Shown: positions 40,962 to 60,351 of the stretch, piece after piece
Numbering within the stretch: the stretch's first letter is position 1
Layout: every line of letters starts with the position of its first letter
DNA from: Octopus vulgaris
Lineage: Eukaryota
NCBI GenBank assembly: GCA_951406725.2
Contig: OX597833.1
Span: 49,600,001-49,664,000, forward strand
Length of the DNA stretch: 64,000 nt
Reading direction: 5' to 3'
The notes under the pieces: generated by a model
The model's input: the letters and a program-made list of their open reading frames with translations, nothing else
Database searches by the model: none
What the model was told of the DNA's origin: nothing
Translations under genes and position numbers: made by a program

Positions 40962-41039
<78 letters not shown>

Positions 41040-41076
41040 GGTACTATACATATAAAATAATTTATATATATATATA

Positions 41077-41149
41077 TTCAAGAGAAATCTTCATGTTCCT
41101 GAAGATTTCCTGAAGATTTCTCTTGAATGAAACAGTTCTAGTCCTGTAC
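41077..41149 (+). mobile_element. Second fragment of the 2176-2352 hammerhead family, again with an inverted 5' piece
   Basis: ttcaagagaaatcttca...ctgaagatttctcttgaatgaaacagttctagtcctgta inside (TA)n. Confidence 0.65.
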
Positions 41150-41976
41150 ACATATATATATATATATATGTATACATTGACACACAAATAACTATACATA
41201 CATATGTACACACATAGCTTTGTATCGCTTCGAAATTAATTGAAAATGTTCATTCTGCTTTAAAACGTGGTGAGCTTGATCTATGGCGTTCACGGTGATA
41301 GTTCCGGGCATGTTTCGTTGTTAGTGGTACTCTACAGCGAAGTTTTGTCCTCCCGTGGTTGTTCGAAATAAAGAAAATCCGAAAAATAGTATCTTACGGT
41401 GATAACGTCCGCTTATTATGCACATCAAAATAATGGCATTCGAAAATTGCTGTTTAACATATGCACGTGAACAATGTATATATTTGCCTGGAAATATATG
41501 CATATATTGAGAAATATATATCCAAATACACCATCATTTACATACCTTTATTCACGAGGTATGCATAGCTAAAAGAAGCTGTGTGGAATATACATTTATA
41601 CATGCGCCATCCTATATATAATTCATGATTTTTTATGTAAATATATTGCATACATACTTAAAAATACCTGTACATGCCGAGAATTATAACATAATGCTTG
41701 GACGTTGTGGTAATGTGCAAACAGAGGCGTATAAATAGATGAATAAGTATCATTATTATACAGTAAAATTCAAAGAACGCATAAAGTAGTATACTATAAC
41801 GTATCCTATACATACATGCATACAGGCATGCATGTCTACATGCATACACACAGGCATGCACAAACATATATATAGATAGATTGGTGCATACATACATACA
41901 TACATACATATACATATATGCACAAAAACACACATATATATAAACACACACATATATATATATAATATATACATAC

Positions 41977-42036
<60 letters not shown>

Positions 42037-42037
42037 T

Positions 42038-42096
<59 letters not shown>

Positions 42097-42264
42097 AGTC
42101 GAAGCACCTCAAGGGCAATCACAAAAGATAGATGGCATATATATAGAAAAGCTAAAACTCTATATATATGTATATATATTCATCTCATAACATTTACATA
42201 TATATATATACAGATTCCTTCAAGAAATCCGGATATATATATATTGAGTGGGCCATATACATAC

Positions 42265-42314
<50 letters not shown>

Positions 42315-42461
42315 ACACACATATATATATATATATTTAAGTATATATATATGTGTGTGTGCGTATATATAGACGTAAATATTTATATATTAATCATAAG
42401 GACACATTAAAGGGTCCACCAGCTGGAAATGAGAGTTAAAATCCTAATGTAGACCACCATA

Positions 42462-42492
<31 letters not shown>

Positions 42493-42875
42493 TTATCTAT
42501 ACGTATATATATATATATATATAGATAGATATAGATATGTGTGTGTGTGCGTGTGTGTGTATGTGTATAGGTATATCAATCTAGCTATATATGTATATGA
42601 ATGCATGCGTGTATGCATATGTAAGCACGTGCTTATTATTCATGGATACGCGTGTGCATACACACACAGATACACACATACACACACATATACACATTTA
42701 TGTTTGACATTCCGGAAGGCTAAAAACTCCAAGCAGGTCCCAATATATATAAGAAGTTCAAATTACCACCAATCAAATGAAAGTTCGAAGTTCGAATCTA
42801 TGACAGGAGATTGACCATTGGGGACTGTATTTCTGTTGACATTCGAATGAGTGTTCACCTTTTCATCTTTTCGTG

Positions 42876-43413
<538 letters not shown>

Positions 43414-43429
43414 TATATATATAAATATG

Positions 43430-43463
<34 letters not shown>

Positions 43464-43485
43464 TATATGTACATATATATATATA

Positions 43486-43992
<507 letters not shown>

Positions 43993-44017
43993 TATACATA
44001 TATATATATATATACAT

Positions 44018-44064
<47 letters not shown>

Positions 44065-44370
44065 TATATAGACATACATACAGAATGAGTATCTATGAAA
44101 GAAAACTCGATGTAACAGATCCAACTTTGCATCAAATGATGTAGATTAATTCCTCTCTTAGGACAAATATGTCGTCCTCCGACAAAACACAATTAAGCCA
44201 GCTTGGAGTGTTTTGTTGGAGAATGGATATTTGGATTCCTTCGACCATCCCTTACTTATCCTAATGATATGATCTTGGAAAATTTTCAGCTTTTCATAAC
44301 ACAGCAGCCTATGGCACACAGTGAGGGTACAAACAAACAGACACACAGAAACACGCACAGACAAACTGCC

Positions 44371-44472
<102 letters not shown>

Positions 44473-46240
44473 ACTGCTTGATTTTCTTTTTCTTACATCT
44501 ATATTACATGTTGCATATTATAGCAGGCGGTATCCGAGAAAGGCAAAACATTTCAAGAAAAAAATTCTTTTGCGTGATGAAGGCATATGTTAGCGTAGGT
44601 AGAAAGCTCTTTGAACACCTACTGCCAGAGGCGCCCATCGTTTCCACATCTGTTCAAAAGATTCTATGTTCCTAGAATGACTGAAAAGTCACATCTGTGC
44701 TACTCATGTTTAAGAGAATAATCAACCGATTGCTCGAAATCGGGTTGCAACTATTATGTATCTATAGGTACACGCACACACACTATATACATTTAGTGTA
44801 TGTAGAGGTAATAATATTTAGCTTTCTGAAGGTGTAATTCGTGAAGATAAAGATTCATTGCAAAGTCTATATATATATATATACCAGATTCAAGTACACC
44901 GAAGTCAGTGCAATAACGTATCTTTGAAATGGAACATTGCAAGATCGTATTGCAGTATTCGGGGTTTATTATTTCTGTGTGTAATGATAGAAAATGTAGA
45001 AAAGGTATAAACGGGAGTAAAGTAATTCTGAACTTCATCACAATTGGCAGATGCTGTTAACAGCTTCTCCTTTAAAGATGGTGTTTAAGACTAACGTTAC
45101 GACTCACAGATGTTTACGTGTAGGAAACACTATCTGTTCTTCCATGGAGGGAAATGCCCATAAAATTGTTAATTTCCGTTGGATTTCTTTCCACATCTAT
45201 TCAGATTACACTTTTCCCTTAATTTCATACATTGAGCGTTCAATTGTTGTAAATATTTTTTTTCAACAAAAATAACCTTTTTAATATTTTTTTTTATATA
45301 TAAATCTTTTTATCTCTACTTTTAGAAATCTTTATTTCTTTATCTTGCAATTTTTTCTACCTTTTAATTCTCAGATTTCTATTTGTGCCTTGTTTCTGTT
45401 TTACTTTTATGATCTCTCTTTCCATATTGCTGCTACATAACAGTTGTATTCCGTATTCTCTATCTGTTTTTTTTTATCCATTCTTAACAATTCAGCTTTT
45501 ATTGCTTATATTCCTGAAAGCCAAACACTCAATATCATTCTGTTCTCTTGTATTAAAGCTCACAAACTATCTGAGACCAGCCCATCTATTCATCGCACAC
45601 GCATCATTATTATATTTAACTACATTTTCTTTCACAACATCTGTTAAATTCCATGTAACCTAGTTCTCTGAGATAAAATCACAGAATGAATGCTTTCCTC
45701 ACAAACCTATATATAGTACTTGACAAGAAATAATGCACACACACACACACACAAAGAATACGAGCACCCATGAGCACAAACACACACATATATGTGAATG
45801 AATGCTGAGTATGTTTGTATATATGGTAATATATATATGTTATATATATATGTATATATACATGTGTTTATAGATAAGTGTGGAGCGTGAGTTTCTCTAA
45901 CTGATCACATGTATGTGCACGTGTGTATGTGTATTCTTTGTCAAATACTTTGTCGGGAAAAAGAGAAAAAATGATGAACGTTTCTTCATTTTTGTGCTAC
46001 ATAGTAAAATATGCATTAACAGTACATTTTAAAGATGTTTTCTGTACTAAACATATTAAAAATATTTACTAAAATATTTGCTAAAAATATGTACTGAAAA
46101 TATTCAAGAATATTAACAAATAAGTAACACAAACAAACAGAGAAAAGAAAAAGAGGAATCTAAACAGTTAAACGATAAATGTACTTTTGCAATATTGAAT
46201 GTTTCACTTGCCTTATTCCAGGGAGTGTGGAATATATATG

Positions 46241-46897
46241 TACGTTGTTGTATCAAAAAGTTTCCGGACTTGTTCTGTAGCGCGCCAACAGATAGCAGAA
46301 CACGGTTGCGTGCGCAGTTAGAGTTAGAGTGACCTTCATGAGGCAGTGTGCTGAGTGATATTGCTGTGTTTACTTCGCAAGTTGTGGAATTTGTGTTTTT
46401 TTGCGATCATGTTTTTGCTGTAGTCTGAGATTTTGTTATGGACAGCAACAAAAAGCCAACGTGAAATTTTGCGTTAAACTTGGGAAGTCTGCTATAAATA
46501 CATTGAACATACTTCGGCAAGATTGCGGTTACGAGGCAATGGGTCGTACGCAATGTTTCGAAGGGAACGGTCGCTTCAAAAGCAGAGGAGAACGCCCTTG
46601 GAAGACGAAGAGTAATCTGGAAGATCTGCCACGAACATCACCCTCGGAAATATAGTATTGCGCATCGAGAATTCGTCCCCCAGGATCAGACCGTCAAGTA
46701 AAAGGTCTGCTGCGACTTTTCGAAGTGTTTGGGGGAGGACATACATTCGGCGAAAGCGACCGGATCTGTGGAGCGCGAACAACTGGATTTTTCACGACGA
46801 CAATGCACCCTGTCACCGAGATCTCTTCACATGTGAATTTCTCGCCAAAGACAGCATAATATCACCCCTGCAAACGCCCGTTTCGTCAGACTTAGCA
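46241..46897 (+). mobile_element. Internally deleted mariner element (transposase pseudogene)
   Basis: TIR-like tacgttgttgtatcaaaaagtttccggact; QKANVKFCVKLGKSA HTH region; IRRKRPDLW...FHDDNAPCH...SSDLA catalytic motifs. Confidence 0.9.
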
Positions 46898-46929
46898 CAT
46901 CAACATCGGACAAACACAGACGCACAAAC

Positions 46930-46990
<61 letters not shown>

Positions 46991-47002
46991 ATATATATAT
47001 AT

Positions 47003-47128
<126 letters not shown>

Positions 47129-47461
47129 TGGTGAATTGAAGAATAGTGAACATTATATATATATATATATATCTTGGCAAACAAATAAAGCTCAGACCAT
47201 GGCGAAAGTTTATCAGAAAAACGGTGAGAATCATGGGTGAGGGTGTGATGTTCTTGATATATATATATATGTTTATAAGAAATAAATATAGACGTGTGTG
47301 TGTGTATACGTTCTATATATGTGTTAGGTAGAAAACATTTTTGTGATCAAACGCACACACGTACACAAAAAATGTGTTCTACCCCTCGCCAACACCACAT
47401 ATATAGAAGTATACATATATATATAGAATTTATTCGCACAAAAATCTACGACCTATGATTG

Positions 47462-47492
<31 letters not shown>

Positions 47493-47635
47493 TTCCATAT
47501 ATATATATAAAACGATTCTGTTCAATCTGCGTTCACTCCATTTCTTATCACAATAATGTTCTAATTTCAATTATCCGCACGGTTGCAACACCATATATAT
47601 ATATATTTTTGCTACTAAGGTATCATATATATACA

Positions 47636-47701
<66 letters not shown>

Positions 47702-47711
47702 CACGCACACA

Positions 47712-47822
47712 CACGAGGGGTGTACGAAAAGTTTTGAGCCTCAAAAGAAAAAAAAACTCGGTACAAGACTTCTGATGGAGGTACATGACTTCAAGGCTCA
47801 GAGGTCTCGAAGGCTCAAAACT
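47712..47822. mobile_element. Tiny mariner-type MITE remnant
   Basis: cacgaggggtgtacgaaaagttttgagcct with 12-bp inverted partner aggctcaaaact. Confidence 0.5.
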
Positions 47823-47908
47823 ATACATACATACATACATACATACATACATACATACATACATACATACATACATACATACATACATACATACATACAT
47901 ACGTATAT

Positions 47909-48106
47909 AGGGAGAGTTCATGAAAAAAAACAAAAGACGAAGACAGGTTGTGTACAAAACAAACAGATGCATTAGCATAACGCTCTGGAATTGATAAAGT
48001 CTTTTACGTTTCGAACCTACGATCTTCTACAGAAAGGGACACAGAAAAAAAAACAAGGAGAGAAAAAAAAATGTGTGAAGTGGCTACCGATCTATCATGG
48101 CGACTC
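47909..48106 (-). mobile_element. Second copy of the 19488-19658 hammerhead-bearing repeat (motif at 48001-48036)
   Basis: Minus strand cttt-CTGTAGA-a-gatc gtag gttc-GAAA-cg-TA-aaag. Confidence 0.72.
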
Positions 48107-48899
48107 ATATGCCATATACGCCTATGAGGATTTACTTCCCCAATAAAACTCGGTTTTTTCTCAAACCTGCTATAATGTGATACATGTCTTTGGTGTGGTA
48201 ATTGTATACGGCTGAAGAAGGCTTTTGATCTACCTGTTATATCAATTATGCATTGATATAAGTTGTTCAATAAAGCCCGAAACATATGTACCGCAAAATC
48301 CCTTGCGTCCTGTTTTTCTTTTGATACATATATCCTATCACCTATACCACTAGCTGGCATATACAGGTGCTTACATTTATCAAGTATTCACCCTGAATTT
48401 ATTATATATATATATATATATATATATACTTATATATATACTTGTGTATATAATTTTCTCAGCGTTATAAATCAATTGAATCGTGTCCTCACTAACAAAT
48501 ATACCATTCATCTTCAAAGTATAATGCCAGCTGATATTCTTCGAATGCACAATGAGTCAACTTCTGTACAGAGTTATTATTCTCATTGTAAATGTACTAT
48601 CCTGAACCTCGGATACTGTAAGCAACATTTTAAAATTTATTTGTCCCGAGAACGGATAATAAAATCAAAATATTACGTAATGCGTACACACACACACACA
48701 CATGCACACGCACGCTCGCATGCTCTCTCTCGCTCACTGTCTCTGTATTTTCCTATATATCTTTCTAACGCACACACAGACAGACATATATTCACACGTA
48801 TACATTGTTTATCAAATATATTGAGTACTCGTTACATATTCAAGATAAGTGTTTGTTCAAATATCGAGACTATTATTTCCTTTCAAATAAAGTATCAGC

Positions 48900-49195
48900 G
48901 ACATATATATATATATATACATACATATATATATATACACGAACAAAAACATTGGTATTTTCATTATATATATATATATATAAATATGTATTACTATACG
49001 CTATACACTTATATATATGTGTGTGTATATATATATATACATATACAGGGGCAATCTCATTTATATCTCACTGTATATGTGCATGTGCATACATCTACAT
49101 AGATGCATAAATACATACATATCGGTATACATATACACCCATATATACATTTGTACATACATATATATATATATGCATATATATATATATGCATA

Positions 49196-49235
<40 letters not shown>

Positions 49236-49254
49236 CTTACATATTTACATCCAA

Positions 49255-49316
<62 letters not shown>

Positions 49317-49737
49317 GTATATTTACATATACACATATATTTGTCACCCCATACTCACATACAGGAAAAAGAAATGTTTGTACATAAATGGACACACACA
49401 CACACACACACATGTATCTGTACGTTTGTATGTTAAAATAATATTTGAGCATATGCCTGTATGCTTTCATTTATTATTGATAGAAAAAAACCAATAGATT
49501 ATTTTTTTTCTCTTCAGAAAAATGGCACTGAATAATATTTTTTTTACTTGAAATGTAAAAATTCTAAATAGCATCTTATGTAAATCAATAATGTGTAACT
49601 TAAGAAAATAGTTTTGTACGTTCCATTATTAAATGTGTTTCGTATTCCTCTTCACTCCTTCTCTGCCGCTTTCTGTCTCTCTCTCTCTCTTTCTTTTACT
49701 CTCTTTTTCTAAGTTGCTCTCTCTCTCTCTCTCTCTC

Positions 49738-49777
<40 letters not shown>

Positions 49778-49804
49778 AAAATATATGCATACATACATAT
49801 ATAA

Positions 49805-49849
<45 letters not shown>

Positions 49850-50077
49850 TATATATATACATATATACATACACACACGAACATACACATGCATATATAT
49901 ACATTTGTGTATATCTCTCTCTATATATATATGTATATAAATTTATATATATATAAATTTATATATATATATATATATATATATATGTAAGTATATATGT
50001 ATATATATATATATGTATGTATGTATATATGTATATATATGTATATATATATATATATATGTGTATATGTATATATG

Positions 50078-50151
<74 letters not shown>

Positions 50152-50290
50152 TAAGTACATGTATATATATTTCTAAATATATGCGTGTATGTATGTATAT
50201 ATGTGTGTGAATGTGTCTTTGTATGTGTGTGTGTAAGTCTGTGTTTTTTTTTCTGTATATGTGTGTTTGTGTGTGTGTGTGTGCTAAAAT
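48900..50290. repeat. (TA)n/(CA)n/(TC)n microsatellite field
   Basis: Directly visible. Confidence 0.9.
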
Positions 50291-50737
50291 GCTTTATTCT
50301 CCGACCTAGACAATAGCAAATGCATTTTATATGATGTGCTAGTTGTCGATAATCAAAGTTTACGGAGTTCGTTTGTGGTACTACTGTTACTATCCTGTTT
50401 TTTCTCTCTTTCTCTATGCAGTACAAGACTCCGTACAAAGCGTTGCTGCCATATTTTCTATAAATGAATTAATCTGCCTGTGTAAAGCAATTTCTTTGAA
50501 ATGAATTAAAGCCTGTTACCAGATCCGCAGGAGAGCTAAGCTGGGATATAATGGTTTTAACAGTGTGATACTTTGCTTCTTATATTTTACATTTACAATA
50601 TGTATGCATGTATGTATGTATGTATGTATGTATGTATGTATGTATGTATGTATGTATGTATGTATGTATGTATGTATGTACTACGTATGTCTGTCCGTAT
50701 GCTTCTATGTATCTATGTAGTAGTAATGGTAATAACG

Positions 50738-51158
50738 GTTTCAAATTTTGCCACAAGGGCAACCATTTCGGGAAAGGGGGATAGTCGCTCATTACATCGA
50801 CCCCAATATTTCACTGGTACTTAATTTATCAAACACCGAAAGGATGAAAGGCAATGTCTACCTCGGCGAAATTTGAACTCAGAACGTAGCGCAGACGAAA
50901 TTCCGCTAAGTATTTCGCCCGCATGCTAACAATTCTTATTTCTTTACTGACCACAAGTGGCTACACACAGAGGGGACAAACAAGAACAGACAAACGGATT
51001 AAGTCGATTATATCGACCCCAGTGCTTAACTGGTACTTAATTTATCGACCCTGAAAGGATGAAAGGCAAAGTCGACCTCGGTGGAATTTGAACTCAGAAC
51101 GTAAAGACAGACGAAATACCACTACGCATTTCGCCCAGCGTGCTAACGTTTCTGCCAG
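50738..51158 (-). mobile_element. SINE family B dimer
   Basis: Two heads (near 50930 and 51158) with two different tails. Confidence 0.87.
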
Positions 51159-51396
51159 CAAAACGATTCTGCTAGCTTCTTCCTCAGTAATATATAACCA
51201 GACCAGTTTCATTTTTTTCATCAAAAGCAGGTATATCATTGCGAATACTATTTCTAAGCAAAGCAGCAGGAATGAATAGGCAGACGTTGTCCAAATTATT
51301 TAAAATATCATGATGGAAGTTTTGATTCTTAGATGCAAACCAAGTATTTTCTTAAAGGAAAATTTCGAAAATTCTTTTCAAGAAGAGAAACATATA

Positions 51397-51558
51397 GACG
51401 CAGGAGTGTTTGTGCGGTTAGCAATTTGCTTATCAACTACATGGGTCCGGGTTCAATCTCACCGCGTGGTATCTTGGGCAACAGTATTCTACTATAGCCT
51501 CGGGCCGACCAAAGCCTTCTGAGAGGATTTGGTAGACGGAAACTGAAATAGGCCAGTC

Positions 51559-51597
<39 letters not shown>
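51397..51597 (+). mobile_element. SINE family A 5' half
   Basis: Head running to the internal (TA)n. Confidence 0.83.
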
Positions 51598-51602
<5 letters not shown>

Positions 51603-51774
51603 TTATATGTTTGTTTTGCAAGATTCTTGATATGAAGTCGTGTGTTGAAACAGATGTTGTATTTAGGAATGGCCATGTTGCCAGTTTAGCCAATAAAAAC
51701 ACACGCACTATATATTTGGTGTTAATTTGCTTCAGCTTTATTTATTTTTTACATTAATCTTAATCTTATTTCGG

Positions 51775-51814
51775 CCAGAGTTCTTTCGTCACACTTCTGT
51801 GACCTCATCAGTGG
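51775..51814 (-). ncRNA. Minimal type I hammerhead within a ~300-bp element (51598-51895)
   Basis: cca-CTGATGA-g-gtcac agaagt gtgac-GAAA-gaac-TC-tgg; canonical core boxes. Confidence 0.72.
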
Positions 51815-51899
51815 TTCTTTGCTTTCTTCTTTCTTATTTGTGTACCTCTCCTTACTAACGGTCAGCCATTTTGTATTTTATATTCCTAATACGATAGAA

Positions 51900-52310
51900 A
51901 TATGTGTACACTAATAGGTGTAAGTGTTCCCACTGATAAAGATATATCTGTAAAGGAATTTGACAATCTAAGTAAATATAAGAATCTGGAAATTAAAATA
52001 CAAAAGATGCGGCATTATAAAACGAGAACTGTTATTTTAGGTGCCCTAGGTATAGTAAAAAAGGGATGTCAGAAACATCTAGATAATATCTCAGGAGAAA
52101 CATGTCTCAGAGAAATCCAAAAGATTGTACTGACAAGTACTGCCCACATCCTTCGACAAACCCTATTCATTTAAATATCTGTGTTGTATTACATGAAGAT
52201 ATTTCGCTACCTCCCCTCCCCAAGCTTTCAGTCATACTGTAACATCTCTAATCCTTCTCTCGCCCCAGGATACTGGGTGTGTCTCGGCAAGTGATGCAGA
52301 TTAAAAGTAA

Positions 52311-52312
<2 letters not shown>
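51900..52312 (+). mobile_element. R4/Dong-like LINE 3' fragment (family 2)
   Basis: LIGVSVPTDKDISVKEFDNLSKYKNLEI...ILGALG...TAHILR; (AAT)n tail. Confidence 0.87.
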
Positions 52313-52394
<82 letters not shown>

Positions 52395-52396
<2 letters not shown>

Positions 52397-52947
52397 ATAC
52401 CCTGAGGCAGTACCAGACAGTGACTCCCACGGCTCCTGATCTTACCTGATTAGAAGTGTTATCATGTACATTGTTTTGTCTTGGTATAAAAGACGGGCAA
52501 CAGCAAATATTCTGCTCAATACCACAGATTTGCTTGTCAGCTGTTTGACCGTAACCAGTTGAGCACGTCTCTTAGTGGCTGACAATATGTGCATCTCTGA
52601 TCACAAGGATAAGTAGTGGGAGCATCGTAGCCATGTGTTGAGAGGGATTCTTTGGGGTTTGGATAATTTACCTCTGGAAACATGGGTGTTTCGTTCAACA
52701 TTCTTAACTCTTATTCAGCGATCTTTTGAGCATGATGGGTTACTCGACCAGAAGAAAATTCAAAACTGGGCCCCACCTGCAAGGTCATGCACCTTATATC
52801 TTGATATGAGAACACCATGACGCGCACATATGGTTGTGATTCATGTGCCTAGTGTACCTTTATCAGACGGGTAGTCACGATGGGTATACTGGGCGTTGTA
52901 TATTTTACCCCAGTGTCACTTTGATGGCATGCACTGCTCTCTCACTC
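52395..52947 (+). mobile_element. Non-coding ~550-bp element between (AAT)n tracts
   Basis: Sharp boundaries with (AAT)n on both sides; no recognisable ORF; strand inferred from neighbours. Confidence 0.55.
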
Positions 52948-52969
52948 AATAATAATAATAATAATAATG

Positions 52970-53041
<72 letters not shown>

Positions 53042-53043
<2 letters not shown>

Positions 53044-53340
53044 GGAAATAGAGGTAACCAGAATGTGGAATCTAAAAACAGAAACAATTCCTATCATTGT
53101 AGGTGCATTAGGCATGATAAAAAAAATATTCAGACAAATACATAACAAAAACACCAGGACTTACAAACACATATAACATACAGAAAATTGCACTACTAGG
53201 CACTGCACACATCCTACGCAGAACACTTTCCATACAATAACCATCAGAGCATCACAACAAATCACAGCACATACCTAAGGCACACAGAGCTGCGCTCGGT
53301 AGTGAAGTGAAAGCACGCTATAAAAATAAAACTACTGAAT
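53042..53340 (+). mobile_element. R4/Dong-like LINE 3' fragment (family 1) in (TAA)n
   Basis: LEIEVTRMWNLKTETIPIIVGALG; matches 59739-60035. Confidence 0.92.
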
Positions 53341-53343
53341 GAC

Positions 53344-53406
<63 letters not shown>

Positions 53407-53795
53407 CCGTACAGTAGGTATAAGACCTGAAGTTTTGGATTGGTGCTCAACTGATAGTTATTTTATCAAATTCGGAAGGATGGGAAGCAAAGTCACCCTC
53501 AGTGGCAACTGAACGCAGAACATAAAGAGCTGAAAGAAACACCGCCAAGAATTTTGTTAGATGCTAACGATTCTGCGGGATCGCCAAAATTTCTCCGTAA
53601 TGAATTCCGTTCAATTTTCTCTTCTTCGTAAATTCAAGCGCATATGGCATGTATTACCAGGGCTACAATCCCTACTCCTGTTGTCAAGACCATTGCCACT
53701 ACCCAGCACCACCACCACCAACACTACCACCGACAACAACAACAAAATCACCTTAAAACCAGCATGGCTATTGTAATCATTTCCACATTATTTTT

Positions 53796-55130
<1,335 letters not shown>

Positions 55131-55359
55131 ACAGAAATATCAACATTTACAACAAAAGTAAACAAAATATATAGAAATTACAAGAAAATAATAAAAAAAT
55201 TATGTTGAAAAAATGATAAATGAAACCCAAATGTGAAACACACATGCACAAATGCGCGTGCCCACGCACATATACAAACAGATACAGATACAGAGAGACA
55301 CACATACGCATCTAGAAATACAGACATACACACACATGCACACATGCATATATTCATAC

Positions 55360-57470
<2,111 letters not shown>

Positions 57471-58124
57471 AGAAATTCCCTTGTGTACGTACAGCCATAC
57501 GCATGGGAACGTGTATATATGAATGTATATATATACCATACCGTTTAGCTCACAAACTCGCACATGTACACACTCACACTGGCGTATTAACTCTACGCTT
57601 ACTTAGAAACAGTACTTCCGGTCACATCTTACTCTCACGGGATCAGAACGTTCTAAAGAGAAGCGATACATTGTTGTTATATGCTTCTGTTTGGTATAGG
57701 TAAGGAAACTCTATTTCCGGAGTTAGTATCCTGACAGATTCGCGAAACGGAAACAAGATGATGTGAGTTGAGAAGTAAGAATCTGCACATATAATTCAGA
57801 GCGTTTAACATGTCCGTCCTGCTTTCTAGCTAGCTCGTCAACGATATACCACCAGGTGTCGCTTCAAATTTAATCATAGATACTAAGAAGTAGATCAACG
57901 ATGTGGATTATAGAAAATACCTGGGAAGAAGCGTTCTGTGTATTATATACAAATACGGTGCGTGTCTAGTGTGATGGAAAACTTCGTTCAGCTTAGAATA
58001 ATCAAAGAAGATATAAGACAAAACTTCTCGCTCGGTGTGCTTAAAATGTAAAATCAGTTAGCAAGGTTAATAACTTCAATAAATCGTCCGATGAATAGGT
58101 TTTGCGCAATATACATATTTCTTA

Positions 58125-58500
58125 GGGCCGCGACATGGCAGCATTATTCCGCCGAGGTCGTCATTGATTTTCATCCTTTCGGGGTCGATAAATTAAGTAC
58201 CAGTGAAAACACTGGGGTCGATGTAATCGACTCATCCCCGCCCACAAATTCATTGCCATCTGGCAAAATTCGAAACCACATAAGGCGATGAGCTAGCAGA
58301 ATCATTAGCACGTTGGACGAAATGCTTGGGGCAATTTCACCTGTTGCTACGTTCTGAGTTCAAATTCCGCCGAGGTCGACTTTGGCTTTCATCCTTTCGG
58401 GGTCGATGAATTAAGTACCAATGAAACACTGGATTCGATGTAATCGACTAGTCCTCCTTCTCCAAATTCCAGGCCTTGTGCCTATGGTAGAAAGGATTAT
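58125..58500 (+). mobile_element. Two tandem SINE family B copies
   Basis: Cores at ~58170 and ~58390; second copy ends gtagaaagg(att)n. Confidence 0.86.
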
Positions 58501-58545
58501 TATTATTATTATTATTATTATGATTATTATTATTATTATTACTAC

Positions 58546-58906
58546 TTTTTTTCTTCTTTCAAATTTGCTTCCATTTCTTGCCGAGTGTCTTCCCGACTCC
58601 TAGGGCAAAGAAACTCATAGTATACATTGGTAGGCCATTAAGCCAAACTCAATAGTTCGTTCATTTTTTTTTTTTTTTTTAAGTTAAATTAAAATACATG
58701 AGCAGCAACAGTTCTCACATCGACAATGCTCTTCTCAATACGTGTGATGTACCAGTTAAGACAATCTTTTGCACTTCTTGCAGGGATGGTAAGCCAGGGA
58801 TCATTCTCATATAATTTTCGGTTCCCTTCTTGATCATTCCTAGTGCTCCTACGATTACTGGTATTGTAACCGCCTTGAGAAGCCACATTTTCTCAATTTC
58901 AATGAG
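58546..58906 (-). mobile_element. R4/Dong-like LINE 3' fragment (family 3)
   Basis: Minus frame LIEIEKMWLLKAVTIPVIVGALGMIKKG...VQKIVLTGTSHVLRRALSM*; (TAA)n tail. Confidence 0.88.
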
Positions 58907-59013
58907 TAATGATAATAATAATGATGATGACGGTGGTGGTGGTGGCCATAGTTGTGGTGGTGAGGATGATGACGATGATGATGATGGTGGTGGTGGTGGT
59001 GATGGCGGTGATA

Positions 59014-59061
<48 letters not shown>

Positions 59062-59622
59062 GCGGTGATGATTATGATGATGACAATGATGATGATGATG
59101 ATGACGGTGACGATGTATCTTTACAGCTAACGGGTGAAAGCAACAGTTATGATTCATTGTTATTAGACTAACTCAGCTGAGTATATTATCACTCAGTTAC
59201 CAAGATTAAGAGGGATTAATATGAGATAAATAGAAGAAATACGGTCCCATTCTGTATCTCAAGAAAATTGCATCAGTGAAGACTTCTGCAAACTAAATGT
59301 AAATATGGAAACAAATATTAGTTGAAAATCGACGATTAACAGGGATTATATATGTAACTCCTGGAGAAATAAAATCTTTTTAGGGTGCTTAAAATCTAAA
59401 ATCCATAAAGAAACATCATTTAATTTGAAGAAAATCGCGCTTAAGGTTATGTTTAAAATTTTAAAATAATCACATATATCTTGTGGCAATTCACAAATCT
59501 AATAAATTCACAGATCTAAGAAGTTAATCTGAATATTTAGACCAATAAACAGCATAAACTTTTAAATGATCTTCTCTTTAAAACCAATAAAACGGCAAAA
59601 TAAATACATACTATTATTATTA

Positions 59623-59728
<106 letters not shown>

Positions 59729-59738
59729 CATTATTATT

Positions 59739-60260
59739 CAGTAGTTTTATTTTTATAGCGTGCTTTCACTTCACTCCCGAGCACAGCTCTGTGTGCCTTG
59801 GGTATGTGTTGTGATTTGTTGTGATGCTCTGATGGTTATTGCATGGAAAGTGTTCTGCGTAGGATGTGTGCAGTGCCTAGTAGTGCAATTTTCTGTATGT
59901 TATATGTGTTTGTAAGTCCTGGTGTTTTTGTTATGTATTTGTCTGAATATTTTTTTATCATTCCTAATGCACCTACTATGATAGGATTTGTTTCTGTTTT
60001 TAGATTCCACATTCTGGTTACCTCTATTTCCAGGTCTTTGTATTTTGAGAGTTTCTCCATTTCCTTTAGAGACACGTTGTCATCTGCCGGTATTGATACA
60101 TCAATTAGAAAGCATTTTTTTTCTTCATGATCTCTGACAACTATATCTGGTCTGTTGGCCTTAATTTCTCTATCTATGTGTATCGGCATATCCCAGAGTA
60201 TGGTTGCTTTCTCGTTTTCTGTGACCTTTTCTGGTGTGTGCCTATACCATCTTTTCTCTG

Positions 60261-60263
<3 letters not shown>
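59739..60263 (-). mobile_element. R4/Dong-like LINE 3' fragment (family 1) with intact restriction-like endonuclease domain
   Basis: WYRHTPEKVTENEKATILWDMPIHIDREIKANRPDIVV...IDVSIP...KLSKY (RPD-x-D-x-K RLE motif); (ATT)n on both sides. Confidence 0.93.
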
Positions 60264-60347
<84 letters not shown>

Positions 60348-60351
60348 TTCA

